Origin: Leptogorgia sarmentosa
Taxonomy: Eukaryota
Assembly (NCBI GenBank): GCA_964658305.1
Contig: OZ210884.1
Location: forward strand, 4,712,001 to 4,776,000
DNA length: 64,000 nt
Reading direction: 5' to 3'
Shown here one piece after another: positions 26,201 to 39,900 of this stretch (positions within the stretch are counted from its first letter, which is position 1; each line of letters starts with the position of its first letter). The notes beneath the pieces are model-generated. The model searched no databases. It saw nothing but the letters and a program-made list of their open reading frames with translations, and was not told the origin of the DNA. The translations under genes and the position numbers were made by a program.

Positions 26201-27965
26201 ATTATACTCGTTGATTTCCATCAAAAAAGAAATTTGCACTAGAAATCGCAGCGAAATCATTCCTGTGAGCGATCAGCCTTAATACAATATGAAACACAAT
26301 TTTCAGTCAGCGATAATTTCACGTGTGAGATTTTCACCAGTAAATATCATATTATCATATTTATCAATGACAGAAAACTCTGTGAAACATAATTTGAATA
26401 ATAGATAATAACCTATTAATTTCAATATGTCATGCAGTAGCTACTCAGTAACATGTGAATACACTACCACGAGCAAATACACTTCTTCGGGAAACTTCGA
26501 ATTCTGATGTGGCTGGCAATTCTGCCACATTTTGCTTGGCTTACTAAGAGCACTTGTAATGCGCGAATGACATTTTCTGGCAAAATTATATTCGTTCTGG
26601 CAACTGCGATTCCTATTGTTAAATGGTGCATGCATGCAATTAATACATTTCAATGAATATAAGAAAAACATGGAAACTTTGGCAATATCTTGAAACTTTG
26701 GCAAAATAAATGTTGATAATCTTGTTTTATGTACTGTACAATATTGAGTTTTAACCAGACAAGGCATGTGCTTTTCCAACAATATTTAATCCGATTAAAA
26801 ACCTTACAAATTAATTGCGTCTACATCCGTTCTTCACTGTTTAAACGAAGAGATTTGATAGCTTGTGATCGGTTTGGATTGAAAAGTTCTGCCGGACTAT
26901 CTCTTGCAGATTAATATATTTCGCGAAAAACAATTTTTTGCTTCAACGCAGGTGCCATTTTCCCTCCTCTCTTCATTGCGATTTAAACAAATCTTAATCA
27001 GCCAAGCGGCACGCGATGGTAATTTAAAATACATTTGAAGAATAATAAACAAAGTATTAACGCATGAAAAACGTTATTTATGAAAACATTGGGATTTTTG
27101 TGTTAAATAGACACCACCTTCTTATCATCACAAGTGTGAGCTCTTAGCCAATCAAATTGCATGCTTTTACCAACTATAATGTATGATAATTTTATTTTCC
27201 ACTCTTTTTATATCCTACTCTTTTGTATTTTGCACATTGACTACTAAAACCATATGAGAATGTTTCAAAATAAAGATTGCTGTTCTCGAACGTTTTTTCC
27301 AAGTTGAATAAATTATACATTAAAACAAATTATCTGCCCTTTTCAAATGTCAATTTTAATTTATCGAATCATATAGCAACCAAGTTTATGCACTTCAAAA
27401 AAAAGCTAAATTGTAAAACACATCGAGTTTCGTTATTCTATGAAGAGAAAATTTTGCAAAACTGTTAACCCACTTTTACACGATCAAGTTCTCTTTGTCA
27501 TAATTAAATTTGTCAAAGGTCTTTTGAACCTGAAAATTGGGAATTTTTGACAAATATTAATTTACATTCAAAATATATTCGACACATGAACTTTGTCAAA
27601 GAAGATTTGGTCGTGTAATTGTAGAGGGGCTTTACGTTTGAAACATTCGTTTTCAAAGTGAATATCTTTGAAGTCATGCACTTTCATTTGGATTGATAAA
27701 AAAATTGGACTGTAATAGATTTAAGTCAATGGAATGAGAAAGGTTATTCGAACCTTGTAGCGCTGTATATTTGTACATCAAACATAGAAATTGTGATTAA
27801 AATAATTATTTTAAATGACTGTCGGGTGGTCGTACGACATAATGAACATTACACTCTTTACTGGAACGAGTTGCAATTAGGATTATACAGAATTACAGAC
27901 AACGTCTATATAACTAAAATGTTTTATATGCATACGTAAGTTAATTTCGATTCTACTTCATTTAG

Positions 27966-30900
27966 ATGGTCGTACATGGAGTCATCGTATTTCTGGCGGT
28001 CGTAACTCACGGCAGGGTCTTTGCAAGTAAGATTATGTTGCATGTTAATTTTCCAAGTCAGGCCCTGTAAGAACAACTATATCACGAGATAGATCTATGC
28101 ATTAATGTATCACTATGCATTAATCAAAACACTGAGGCTTATTAGAAGTGACATATACGGTAAAGAACAGAGACAAGGGGGTGGAATTCACTATAGTATC
28201 CCAACAACTGCAAAAATATCAGCCCCTGAATAAACTGAATCTTTATCGCCCCAATAATGATACATGAAATAACATAATTATATAAGGATTAAGTTCAGTT
28301 TTAAATGGTGAAGACATCGCTTTCTTAATCTTTAACGTTGTTGGGTGGTTGCTTCGCATGCAAAAATCAGACATAACTTACCTGGTTTGACAGATTAAAT
28401 TTTAGGACGACTTTTATCTTAATATTGAAATAGTTATATTGAAAACGTTTAAAATTGATATTCTTAACACGTCCATGCACTGATCGCTTTCCACGTGATT
28501 TTTCTTCAGCACAGCAATTACAAATGATTAATAAATTTTGGCAAAGAAAGTGATTGAAAGCGTTCAGTGCATGGATTATCAAATTTCTTGTATTTTAAAT
28601 AAGAGTTATCTGTTTTTTCAAAGAGCTCCATATTTTTTATAGATCGTTGCAAATTACCATATTTGTTCTTTTCGACATCCTCTGGTACACTTTATCATAA
28701 CAAACTAGAATCTAACAATACCCCCAGCATGGTGAATGACAACATAAATAATGCAGTGTTATCTTTCGACGGGATAAAGAAGCGGCTATATCTTTATGCC
28801 GGCGATAAAATGTTTAGTTATAAGTTGGATGGCTCAAACCGGACTGAGTTTAATCTCGCCAATGTGGAATTTTTCGCGGTTGATGGACGAAACCAGTTAA
28901 TATATTATCATCACAAATTACAAGTCAAGATATATGTTTACGGTATCGAAAGTGGTACGGACGATCCAGTTGCAGTTTTGTCGACGGGTATAACTGGAGT
29001 GAAAGATATGGAAATGGACATGAGAAATGGGTAAGCATAAATCGATTTTCGTTAAATTAACGATATTCCGAAACCTCAAAATACATTACCCCCTGAAATT
29101 GTTTTTAAAAGGATAGGGTTGCTTTTTTGGTGTAGCAACATATATGGAGGAAGTTTTTAGTTGACGTCTGTGATGGGAAAAATTATCGAAATTATTTTCT
29201 TTCTTCACAGTTACCTGTACATTACAAAAACGACTGATTCTGCCATCGTACGTTACGATCCATCAACTGGGAACGTAATGAACCTCGTGACTGGTGGTAC
29301 TGGACAATCAATTTCTGTTGATCAAAACAATGACGTTATATACTGGGCTAATTACGATGGAAGCAGACACAGGGTGATGAGAACTCTATTCACTGGACAA
29401 ACAAGTGACCTGAACATAACCTATTCTCATCCAATCATTTTGACATCAGATGTTCTTCATTTGTATGTGCTGGATACGGGAAATAATCGCATTGACAAAA
29501 TCTCGAAAGAATCGCTTGAAGTGCAAAGCAATTTCACATACAGTGGAGGAATACATGATATAATTGTGGCATATGGTGAGTTTTCCGTTGGTTCATTCCT
29601 ATCGAGACTATGTAAAAAATTTTAGAAATACGAAATATGATGTTTGTTTTCGTAGAACTTTCTAATTCAGACCGCAGCTAATGTTCAAAGTTAATCGTTA
29701 ACTACTACAATATCACTGCAGTATCGGGAAGTCAATTTCGTCAAATACATTTTTGACATTAAGCGGAAATCATATAATTATTTATATTAGCTACAGTATA
29801 TACTATAATCTCTATAGTCTTATAAAGTTTTGACGGATCTATTTTGCATCGTTTATCATAAAATTGAGCAATTCACCCTTACATGTAAATATAGTATTTC
29901 TATTGTATTTAAAGGAGCGATGTTGGATATTCAGACCAAATTTGTGTATAATAATTTGATTTAAACCAGTATATTTTTTTGCTAGATGACGACGAATGTT
30001 GTGTTGGAACGTATTGCCATGAGAACGCTACCTGCACTGATTATCTTGGTGGTTTCAACTGCACTTGCATCAATGGTTTTACCAGCAATGGCACAGATTG
30101 TACAGGTACGCTTATACATTTAGGACGAGAATGTTTTACTATTCAAATTATTAGAATTCTCCACTTTCAGCGCTTTTTGACAAAAATTGCTATAACCGAA
30201 GCAAACTTCTTTCCTTTAGAGATTTGAGCCTAAAAAATAACTCAAATTTCACGTCACAGCATCGTATTGCTAAAGAATACAATGGATGCAGTGTGAAGTG
30301 TCGGGGTCAAATGAGTCAAATCCCGACTCATACTGTTTCCCCATATTCGGAGAATGCGTAAACACCACCAATAGTTCATTTGAATCTACAGAAAATAGTA
30401 GAAATAGTTACTGGAGCACGAGGCAATATATACGAAGACTTGATTATGATCAAGACCGGTAAATGACAAAATTTGTGGAATTTTTGTGGAAAATAAAGGA
30501 TTTTTCTGAAATAAAGGAATAGAAAAATAAAGGATGAGCAAAAGAAAGAACCTATTTGTCTAATTGTCAGATATGTTGTGTTTGTAAATTTAATTTTGCC
30601 ATTTCCGCGCTTGTCCATGTTGATCAAAAAAGAAAAAAGTATGTCTCAGAACCATTTCCTCTGAGAACTATGATTCATATTAATCTGACACTGCAGAAGA
30701 ACAACGAAAAATTCGTTGTCTCTCAAATCCCACTCGTTCTTCTGCACTGTCGGATTAATATGAAAAAAGTAATTCAAATTTTGCTATAACCCAAGCATTA
30801 AGAGATATGCGCCTAAAAAATAACTAGATTTTTACGTCAGAGCATCGTTTTGCCAAATTAAGAATAAAATGCTTCCCACTTGCCTGAAGAAGAAAGTTTG

Positions 30901-33900
30901 CTCAACTCAAACATTTATATTTTCTATCGATCTGTGCGTTATTTTCATTGAACTAAAAACGGTTGTTACGCAACAAGAAGTTATATTTGAAAACAAGACT
31001 GTTCTATAGGCCATACTGCATCTACAATCCAATGTTTGTGTTAAACTGTTTTTAGATATTAATGAATGCGATGAGTACCCCTGTCACCAGAATGCCACCT
31101 GTACTAATTCAATTGGCTCGTTTGAATGTGAATGCAACGAAGGTTTTAATGGAACTGGTGTTGTTTGTGAAGGTAAAATCAGAGCAAAAATAGAAATGAA
31201 TTTGATTAGCTGCACTAACTTAGTGATAAAGATAATAATCATGATGATGGGACACAGAATTTTGCGGTGATAGGTGAGGGTGGCATGGTACATGAACAGA
31301 ATAGAAGAGAGTGTTAAACATTTTACATACATAAATATTCCTATAACTCGACATGTATATATGCAGAAAATCGACGCATTTTTTCTGGATTATCTCGAAA
31401 TTCCAGAGTTATTCGTCTTTGCTGCAACCACGTTATACAAATTTCTGAAAAAATAACAATTGCTTCAAACGTATTTTGTCTATATCCATACTTTTTTTCT
31501 TAAAAAACGTTATTTCCGAAAAATTAAGTAAGACTGATAACATTTTTTCAGGGACAAACTGCAGCGTTATTTCTTGTGGAGAAAACGAAGAGTGTGGTCA
31601 AGTTGGTAATATCTTCAAATGCGTTTGTAAAGCTGATTACAGAGAACCTGACTGCGAGCTGGGTAAGAAAATTATTTCCACGAATTACATTAGGTTTATT
31701 AATTGGAATTCATATTCAAATTGATATCATAATTAAGATATTCAGATAAACCAGTCAAATTTTTCAAAGATTCGCCGACAATCACGACGTTTGTGTTGGC
31801 ATGCTGAATTCTCACAGAAACCAAGAGCGCAGGTGAAGGTGATGAGTTCCCACTCACCTGGAATGATGATCAACGAGCCCCCCCACCCAACACGATTTTT
31901 CGGGAAATTCACAATTCGTTACCAGGGTGCTATTCTAGTTGAAATTAATGCCATTGCGCCGTTACTTGGGGATAAATGGTGCCAATTATAATGCCAAATT
32001 GAAGAAAATTGGAAATTCCCAAATAAGAAATTAACCCATTTAATCACGCAAAGCTTTCATGGGTGTGCGAATGCTGAAATTTTTCATTTGGAATTTTTAA
32101 GCATACCATTTGTGACTCTCTTATATTCATATCAATATCTAGTTGAAAGAAGTTGCCATACCCGAGGAGATCCGCACTATTCAACTTTTGATGGAAAGCT
32201 TTATGACTTTATGGGGACATGCGAATATGTTTTGGCCAAAGATATTGTGAGCAACATGTTTGAAGTGCGGCAGAAAAATGAACCGTGTGCAAGTGGACTA
32301 CATTCGTGCACAAAGTCGTTAACCGTGGTCTTCCCAACTTGTTCTATCGAACTCCGTAGAGGAATGATTTTGGTAAATGGTGGAGAGGTATCATCACCAC
32401 TACCAGTCTATTATCAAGGTGAGTAAGACGGTGTTGTGTTTTCAACACTACATTGCATTTTTAATTATTACTTAAACACTGTTCTCTAAAGGTTTCAACA
32501 TATCTGAAGCTAACAACGGATATACTTTAATAACAAGTGACTACGGTATAACCGTGTTTTGGAACAATGTTTATAATGCTCGTGTGACAATCAATGGGCG
32601 CTATGTGAATCGAACTGTTGGATTATGCGGCAATTTCAACGAAATAGAAAACGACGACTTCTGGACATCTTATGGTACAATTGTTAATGATGCAGTGGAA
32701 TTTGGAAATTCTTGGAAAGTTGATCCTAGTTGTGCTAACGCGACGGAAGTGATGCATCCATGTATGGCTAACTCGAGCAGGCTTTCAATAGCCCAAGCCA
32801 ACTGTTCTATATTATTCAGCCCTCCCTTCAACTCATGTGCTAGCCATATTAATGCCACAGCGAGAGGATACTACGATAATTGTGTGTACGATATGTGCGC
32901 TTGTGAAGACGATCCTGACGTTTGTTATTGTCAAGCTCTCGATGCTTATTCTGCAGACTGTGCTAAATATGTTTCAATACATTGGAGACAATTGGACCAG
33001 TTCGAAATCTGCAGTAAGTCAAGATTATAATTGTTTCAAAATCGTGCAATAAGATGCTATAGCACTTGCAAAACACCAGTGTCATAGTTGAAGCTTCCCA
33101 TTATGACATATGTCAATATGAATTAAGCTCGCCTTGTTATTCTCCATTGTAGATAGCTCATGTGCAAGTGCCCCATGTTGCAATGGTGGAACTTGTAGGA
33201 ACGTTGATTGTTCATTTGAATGCAGTTGTCCCGCTGGATTCATGGGTGAAAGATGTGAAATTAAAAGTAAATTAAAATATAAAAAAAATGCACGAGACTG
33301 TATCTTAACATTCACCGAAATTCTATATGTAAAACAACTAAATCGTTGTGTTAAAAGACGGAAAAAAGTATAACAATCACGATGATCCATAATAAAAGAA
33401 AAAGCAATGTTAGCTAAAAGCGATTCGCAATAAACATTGAGAAAGTTTAAAATAGTCATGGTATCGTTTTCTTGATTTTCCAAGTATTTCGGAAAAAAAA
33501 GCAACATGGCTAATCTGGATCAACAGCGTAGAAATTAGGAGAGCTATGACTTTAATGTTCAATGTGTTAGCTATATGATTGGGTTTATCCTTGTCTTTTC
33601 ATTCAAAATAATTATAACGTTTTTTCTTCTAGATCGTTGCCAAATACCATATGTGTTCTTTTCGACATCCTCTGGTACACTATATCATAACAAACTAAAA
33701 TCTAACAATACCCCCAGCATGGTGAATGACAACATAAATAATGCCCTGTTATCTTTCGACGGAATAAAGAAGCGGCTATATCTTCATGCCGGCGATAAAA
33801 TGTTTAGTTATAAGTTGGATGGGTCAAACCGGACTGAGTTTGATCTCGACAATGTGGAATTTTTCGCGGTTGATGGACGAAACCAGTTGATATATTATCA

Positions 33901-36900
33901 TCACGAATTACAAGAGAAGATATATGTTTACGATATCGAGAGTGGTGCGGACGGTGAAGTTGCACAACTATCAACTGTTTCAGGAGTGATAGATATGGAA
34001 GTGGACATGAGAAATGGGTAAGCATAAATGGATTTTCGTTAAGTTAACGATATTTCCTATAAACCCAAGTTCAAAATACATTACCGTCTGAAATTGTTTT
34101 TAAAAGGATAGGGTTGCTTTTTTGGTGTAGCAACATTTAGAGGAAGTTTTTTAGTTGATGTCTGGGATGGGAGAAAATTATCAAAATTATTTTCTTTCTT
34201 CACAGTCACCTCTACATTGCAAAAACGACTGATCCTGCCGTCGTACGTTATGATCCATCAACTGCGAACGTAATGAACCTCATGAATGGTGGTGCTGGAC
34301 AATCAATTACTCTTGATCAGTACAATGACGTGATATACTGGGCTAATTACGATGGAAGCAGTTACAGGGTGATGAGAACACTTTTCACTGGACAAACAAG
34401 AGACCTGAACATAACCTATTCTGATACAATCATTTTGACATCAGACGTTCTTCATTTGTATGTCCTGGATACGGAAAATAATCGCATTGACAAAATCTCA
34501 AAAGAATCTCTTGAAGTGCAAAGCAATTTCACATACAGTGGTGAAATACATGATATAATTGTGGCATATGGTGAGTTTTCCGTTGGTACATTCCTATCGA
34601 GATTATGTATAAATTTTTAGAAATACGAAATATGATCTTTGTTTTCGTAGAACTTTCTAATTCAGACCGCAGCTAATGTTCAAAGTTAACCGTTAACTAC
34701 TGCAATATCACTGCAGTATCGGGAAGTCAATTTCGTCGAATACATTTTTGACATTAAGCGGAAATCATATAATTATTTATATTAGCTACAGTATATACTA
34801 TAATCTTTATAGTCTTATAAAGTTTTGACGGATCTATTTTGCATCGTTCATCATAAAATTGAGCAATTCACCCTTACATGTAAAAATAGTCAAATGATTT
34901 TTTTTCTATTGTATTTAAAGTTGCGAGGTTGGATATTCACACCAAATTTGTGTATAATTATTTGATTTATTTGAATTAAACCAGTATATTTTTTTGCTAG
35001 ATGACGACGAATGTTGTGTTGGAACGTATTGCCATGAGAACGCTACCTGTACTGATTATCTTAGAGGTTTCAACTGCACTTGCATCAATGGTTTTACCAG
35101 CAATGGCACAGATTGTACAGGCACGCTTATACACTTAGGACTAGAATGTTTTACTATAAAATTATTAGAATTCCCCACTTTCAGCCCTTTTTGACAAAAA
35201 TTGCTATAACACGAGCATTAAGAGATTTGCGCTTAATGAACAGCAAAAATTTAGCCTGCGTAGAGAAGGCAAAATAAAAACAGACTATGCGTAGTCTACA
35301 AAAAAAGAGAATTAGGATTCTTTCTGGCCAATCAGGAAGGTTCCTCTGACCAATCAGGAAGAAGAATACATATTAAATGACAAACGTTGTTTTTCGGTTT
35401 ATTAATTACTCAATTTTATTGATTATTTAACCGGCAAATCACTATATTTTGCTCCTAATATCATTGTTGTCAATTTCCTGGACGCTGATTGGTCGAAAAG
35501 CTTCATCAACTGTGCAAATTAAACTTTAATTTGCACAATGTGATACATTATAAAAACAAATAAATCAACGCTAAAATTCTTGTTTTTTTTGTCATTTATT
35601 GTCAACTTTGAACAAAAAAGGTTAGTGAACGTGTACTACGATGATATTAATACGAAATTACACTTGTTCTCGAAGTATTAATGAAAAATTGCACTTGTGT
35701 TTGGCGAAATACCGCTCGTGCTTCGCACTCGCGGTATTTCGCCAAACACGCGTGCAATTTTTCATTAATACTTCTCGAACCGTGTAATTTCCTATACAAA
35801 TTGCCCAACAATTTTTTATTTTATTTTAGATATTGACGAATGTTTGTCCGGGGGAAATAACAACTGTGACGTAGCTGGAGAGGCCACTTGCACAAACACT
35901 GAGGGATCATTCACATGTTCTTGTGTATCTGGCTGGGCTGGTGACGGAGTAGTTTGCGAAGGTATGCAATGTTATTTTTTCTTCGTTATAAGAACTTGTA
36001 TTGCATTCCGCCTATTGATAGATAATTAATGCGATATATATTGTAGCTAACTATTTGAAATAGTTTTATTAAGGAGATAGAAATTTTGTATCCGCTTGAA
36101 CTAGCTGCTTCAAGGATAGTTTGTTTCGCTCTCGGTCTGATAAAAACTAAAAAACCTCGGTCTGATATTTCACAATACAGACCTCACGCTCAGTCAATAA
36201 CCCTTTAAAATACCCCTTTTAAATTTATACTAAAACAATTAGTCGTCACATACTACTCGGTGTTTACGAACACCCTTCTAAAAGATTGTTGAAGGTGAAG
36301 CCAAAATATATTCTGAAGTAAACATTTCGGATACACGAATAACGTTCCCATGAATTGTACGTGCCAATAAATGCAACCGTTTTCAGATATCGATGAATGT
36401 TCTGAGGGATTCGACAATTGCCACTGGCCTGGTGCTGATTGTACAAACACCGATGGCTCATTTTCCTGTTCTTGTAAAACTGGCTTCATAGGAAATGGCA
36501 CATACTGTGAAGGTTGGTTAATAATATATAGTAAAATCTTAGAAAAGTGACCTAAAACGTGTTTGCGATCGACTAAGCAGCTAGCAGTAGCTGATAGTTT
36601 TGCAAAAAATAGTGTGCGATATATAATGTGCAATTATAACGTGCGAAGAATTTTCTTTGAATTGTTTACGGTGTAATTTCTGTTCGTATAAAAACGAACA
36701 GATATCAATGAATGTGAGGATAGTCCCAACAATTGCTACGGCAACGCTACATGTGCAAACACAATGGGCTCATTTGGTTGCAACTGTAACATCGGCTTTT
36801 CTGGAAACGGTGAATCTTGCCATGCAGGGTACGTAAATTGAGATTGTTTTCAACCATTTTAAAATACCCTGGGCAAAAAATCAGAGAGTAATGCCGCAAT

Positions 36901-39900
36901 TGACAGAGAAATTAACCGTTCTACAAGGTATGTAAATGCTGAAAATAGTGCATGCATGATCCACAGGTGGGGTTATTGTATGTTACTTCCTTGTAGAAAT
37001 GAAATATCGAAACATATTCCCTATGAGAAACTTCTTGATACAGGTCTTACGAATTCCATTACGATGCTTTCGAATGTTTATTCAGCTTGCGCAAAAATGA
37101 TTTTCAAGTGACATTTTAGATGTTAATGAATGTACGAAAGGAAACTGCCATGCTGATGCTTCATGCTACGATTATATTGGTTTATTTTACTGCATTTGTA
37201 ACACTGGCTTCACAGGAAATGGAACGGCTTGTCAAGGTTTGCTTACACCAATTTATAAAGTGTTATCAATTCCTTTCTGAACGTTCACAAGGGGGCTTAG
37301 CCCCAAGGTAAAATGAATGGAAACCCTAGCCCCGAAGGCAACATGCTCTCCTCGTGCCCCATGTACAATTCATGAAATGTACTTTCAGTGCGTGCAATAA
37401 TTTATTTTTGTGACTTTTCAGATATCAATGAATGTATGGATGATAGTGATAACTGCCATGACGACGCCACATGTCAAAATATACCTGGTTCATTTTCTTG
37501 CACTTGTAACCCTGGCTACACAGGAAGTGGGACTGATTGCACAGGTTTGTTTACGCTACAATGTTACACATTTACACCGCAGTTTCTCGTGTCAGAGAAC
37601 GAAATATACAGGCTGTATAAAAAAAGGCATGCAACTTATATATTTTGTAAGAGAATCAATTCTAAGCCACTGCATGGGAAAATTCCCGAGTGCTCAACTT
37701 TAGCCCTATCCAGTTTATCTAGTTATTCATGCCTTGCCAGAATATGATTCTTCATATTTCCAAACCTTTAAACGAAATCAGTTCAGGTGCAGGCATGTAA
37801 GGAAATACACTGTTGCATACAACAACGTGCAGGTTTTCGACGTTCCACAGCTGATGTTTCCAGTTGAATTTGGAATTATATTTCATCCTGACATTATCAG
37901 TAAATATTCAAATCATTCCAAGAGACCATCTGTCAAGCATGTGCACTTTTGGAAGAATGCACATTTAATAGAATGTCCCTATTTGACATTCTCAGCTTGT
38001 TAACCGAATAAATAAACTGACTAAGTAATTTCTGGAAAAGAAAACTATCAATCCTGATTACAGCACCATTTCTGGTTCATGACTTCAATACGTCTTGCTA
38101 TTTCTAAAAAAACTCTGGCTTTGGTTAGCTCCCGTTGGCTTTGGGTTACCAGAATATATAGAAAGGCCGATGTTGTGAATTGTGATGTAAGACACTGATT
38201 GCGCGCCTATTTCGAAAGTCCTCAAATTATCTGCAAAATGTCAAAGATTAAAGATTTCTTTAGATTTAGACCACAGTTTGTGACTATTCACTATTTTCAT
38301 TTGTTGTTTCCAGATCCCACTGAGTGTGATGTCCCTGTAATTGTGTACTATGGTGCTAGTGAAATAAACTACCAAGTCACAATCAATAACGTCACAACAG
38401 AAGCAAGTCTTGTTGGTGGGGGAGCTATAGACATGGACTATGACCCCATCTCCAGACGTTTGTTCTATTACGTGTCGGGCAACTTTTATAGCGTTGCACA
38501 AAACGGTTCAGATGTGAGAAACATCGGAGCACTTTCACATGTTGAATCGTTCACTGTTGATGGCAGAAACAATGTAATCTATTGCGTTCGCTCATTAACC
38601 GACACTTTCTACGTTTTGAATATGACCACCATGGTATCTACTGACACTGGTATCAGCGCGAATTACGTCGACATGGACAATGTTAATAAGTAAGTTTATC
38701 CAAAAAATACAATGTCATTAGGGTTAGTTAGCTACTACGACAAAATGTATCTAGTACAGTATAGTTTATTTGTAGAATTTGAATTTAATGAATTAATGTG
38801 GGTTTTGCAAAAATTGTAAGCTAGACGAAATAACGATAGATTTTCTGAAGCCGTCTCGGACATTCAACTGCCCGGTTGTTCAAAATGTATTTCTAAAACA
38901 ATTCACATTTGAAAAATCAGCTGCTTATAGAAAGCTTATAGTTGTAATCCTCAGCAAATATCAAAATATTCCACCGAACCAAAAAAACAGAAACAACCCT
39001 GAAATTGAACCCGCCTCGGATATGGTTAAATAATTATATGCGCTATAATTGGCACGAACAGCATGATAACTTAATGAATATTTGAAACACTTCCTCCTTT
39101 TTTTCTCTCAGCTATCTGGTGATTGCCAAGAGAAGTGATGACAATATACAGCGTTATAATGTCGAGACAAAAGTGTTGGATGTGATCAGAAGAGGAGGCG
39201 ACTCTCCTCAGGATGTTTCTGTTTATAGTCAGTATGGTCAGAATGGTGAATTGTACTGGGTGAACTACGTCGATCCAATGCACACTGTGATGCGTACCTC
39301 CTATTCCAATGAAACCATAAACTTGAATATATCTGATCCTGGAGAAATTAAAATTGCTCAAGATCAACATTACCTATATGTTTTGATCCCTTCGAATGAA
39401 ACAATCTACAAGTACCAGAAGAATACATGGGCGTTAATGGGAACAATTGATGTTCCCAGTGGTACAAATGGAATTGAAATCGCATTTGGTATGTATTAGA
39501 GTTTTAAGTAAAACTATGCAGTATACACATATAGATTAACCGTGAAAGAAACTGTCATTCCGCAGTAATGTATATCAGACATGCAGTTTGCCCTATTTTG
39601 GGTAAAATAAGATGATCTAATGGTACCCTAGTGCAACACAATTTTTCTAGTTTAATCGTAGTTATATTTTTTCTTATCAATTTCGAACCCACCGGGTTCG
39701 ATATAAAATATGTTCCTGCTAACAAGTTACTTTTTCAACAGATCAAGATGAATGTTGCGCTGGTTCATTGTGTGACCCGCAGTCTACCTGTGTGGATTAT
39801 TTTACTAATGTTACATGCACGTGTATTACTGGATATACTGGAAATGGCTTATCATGTGAAGGTATTCTGGATGATATGTATTCTTTTTAATCAATATAAT

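Noticed and set aside
33575..38313. Splitting gene C into separate genes at the second P1 or at P2
   Set aside because: No signal-peptide exon, stop-bearing exon or TM exon was found between the cassettes, and phases are continuous. RNA data could still show otherwise.
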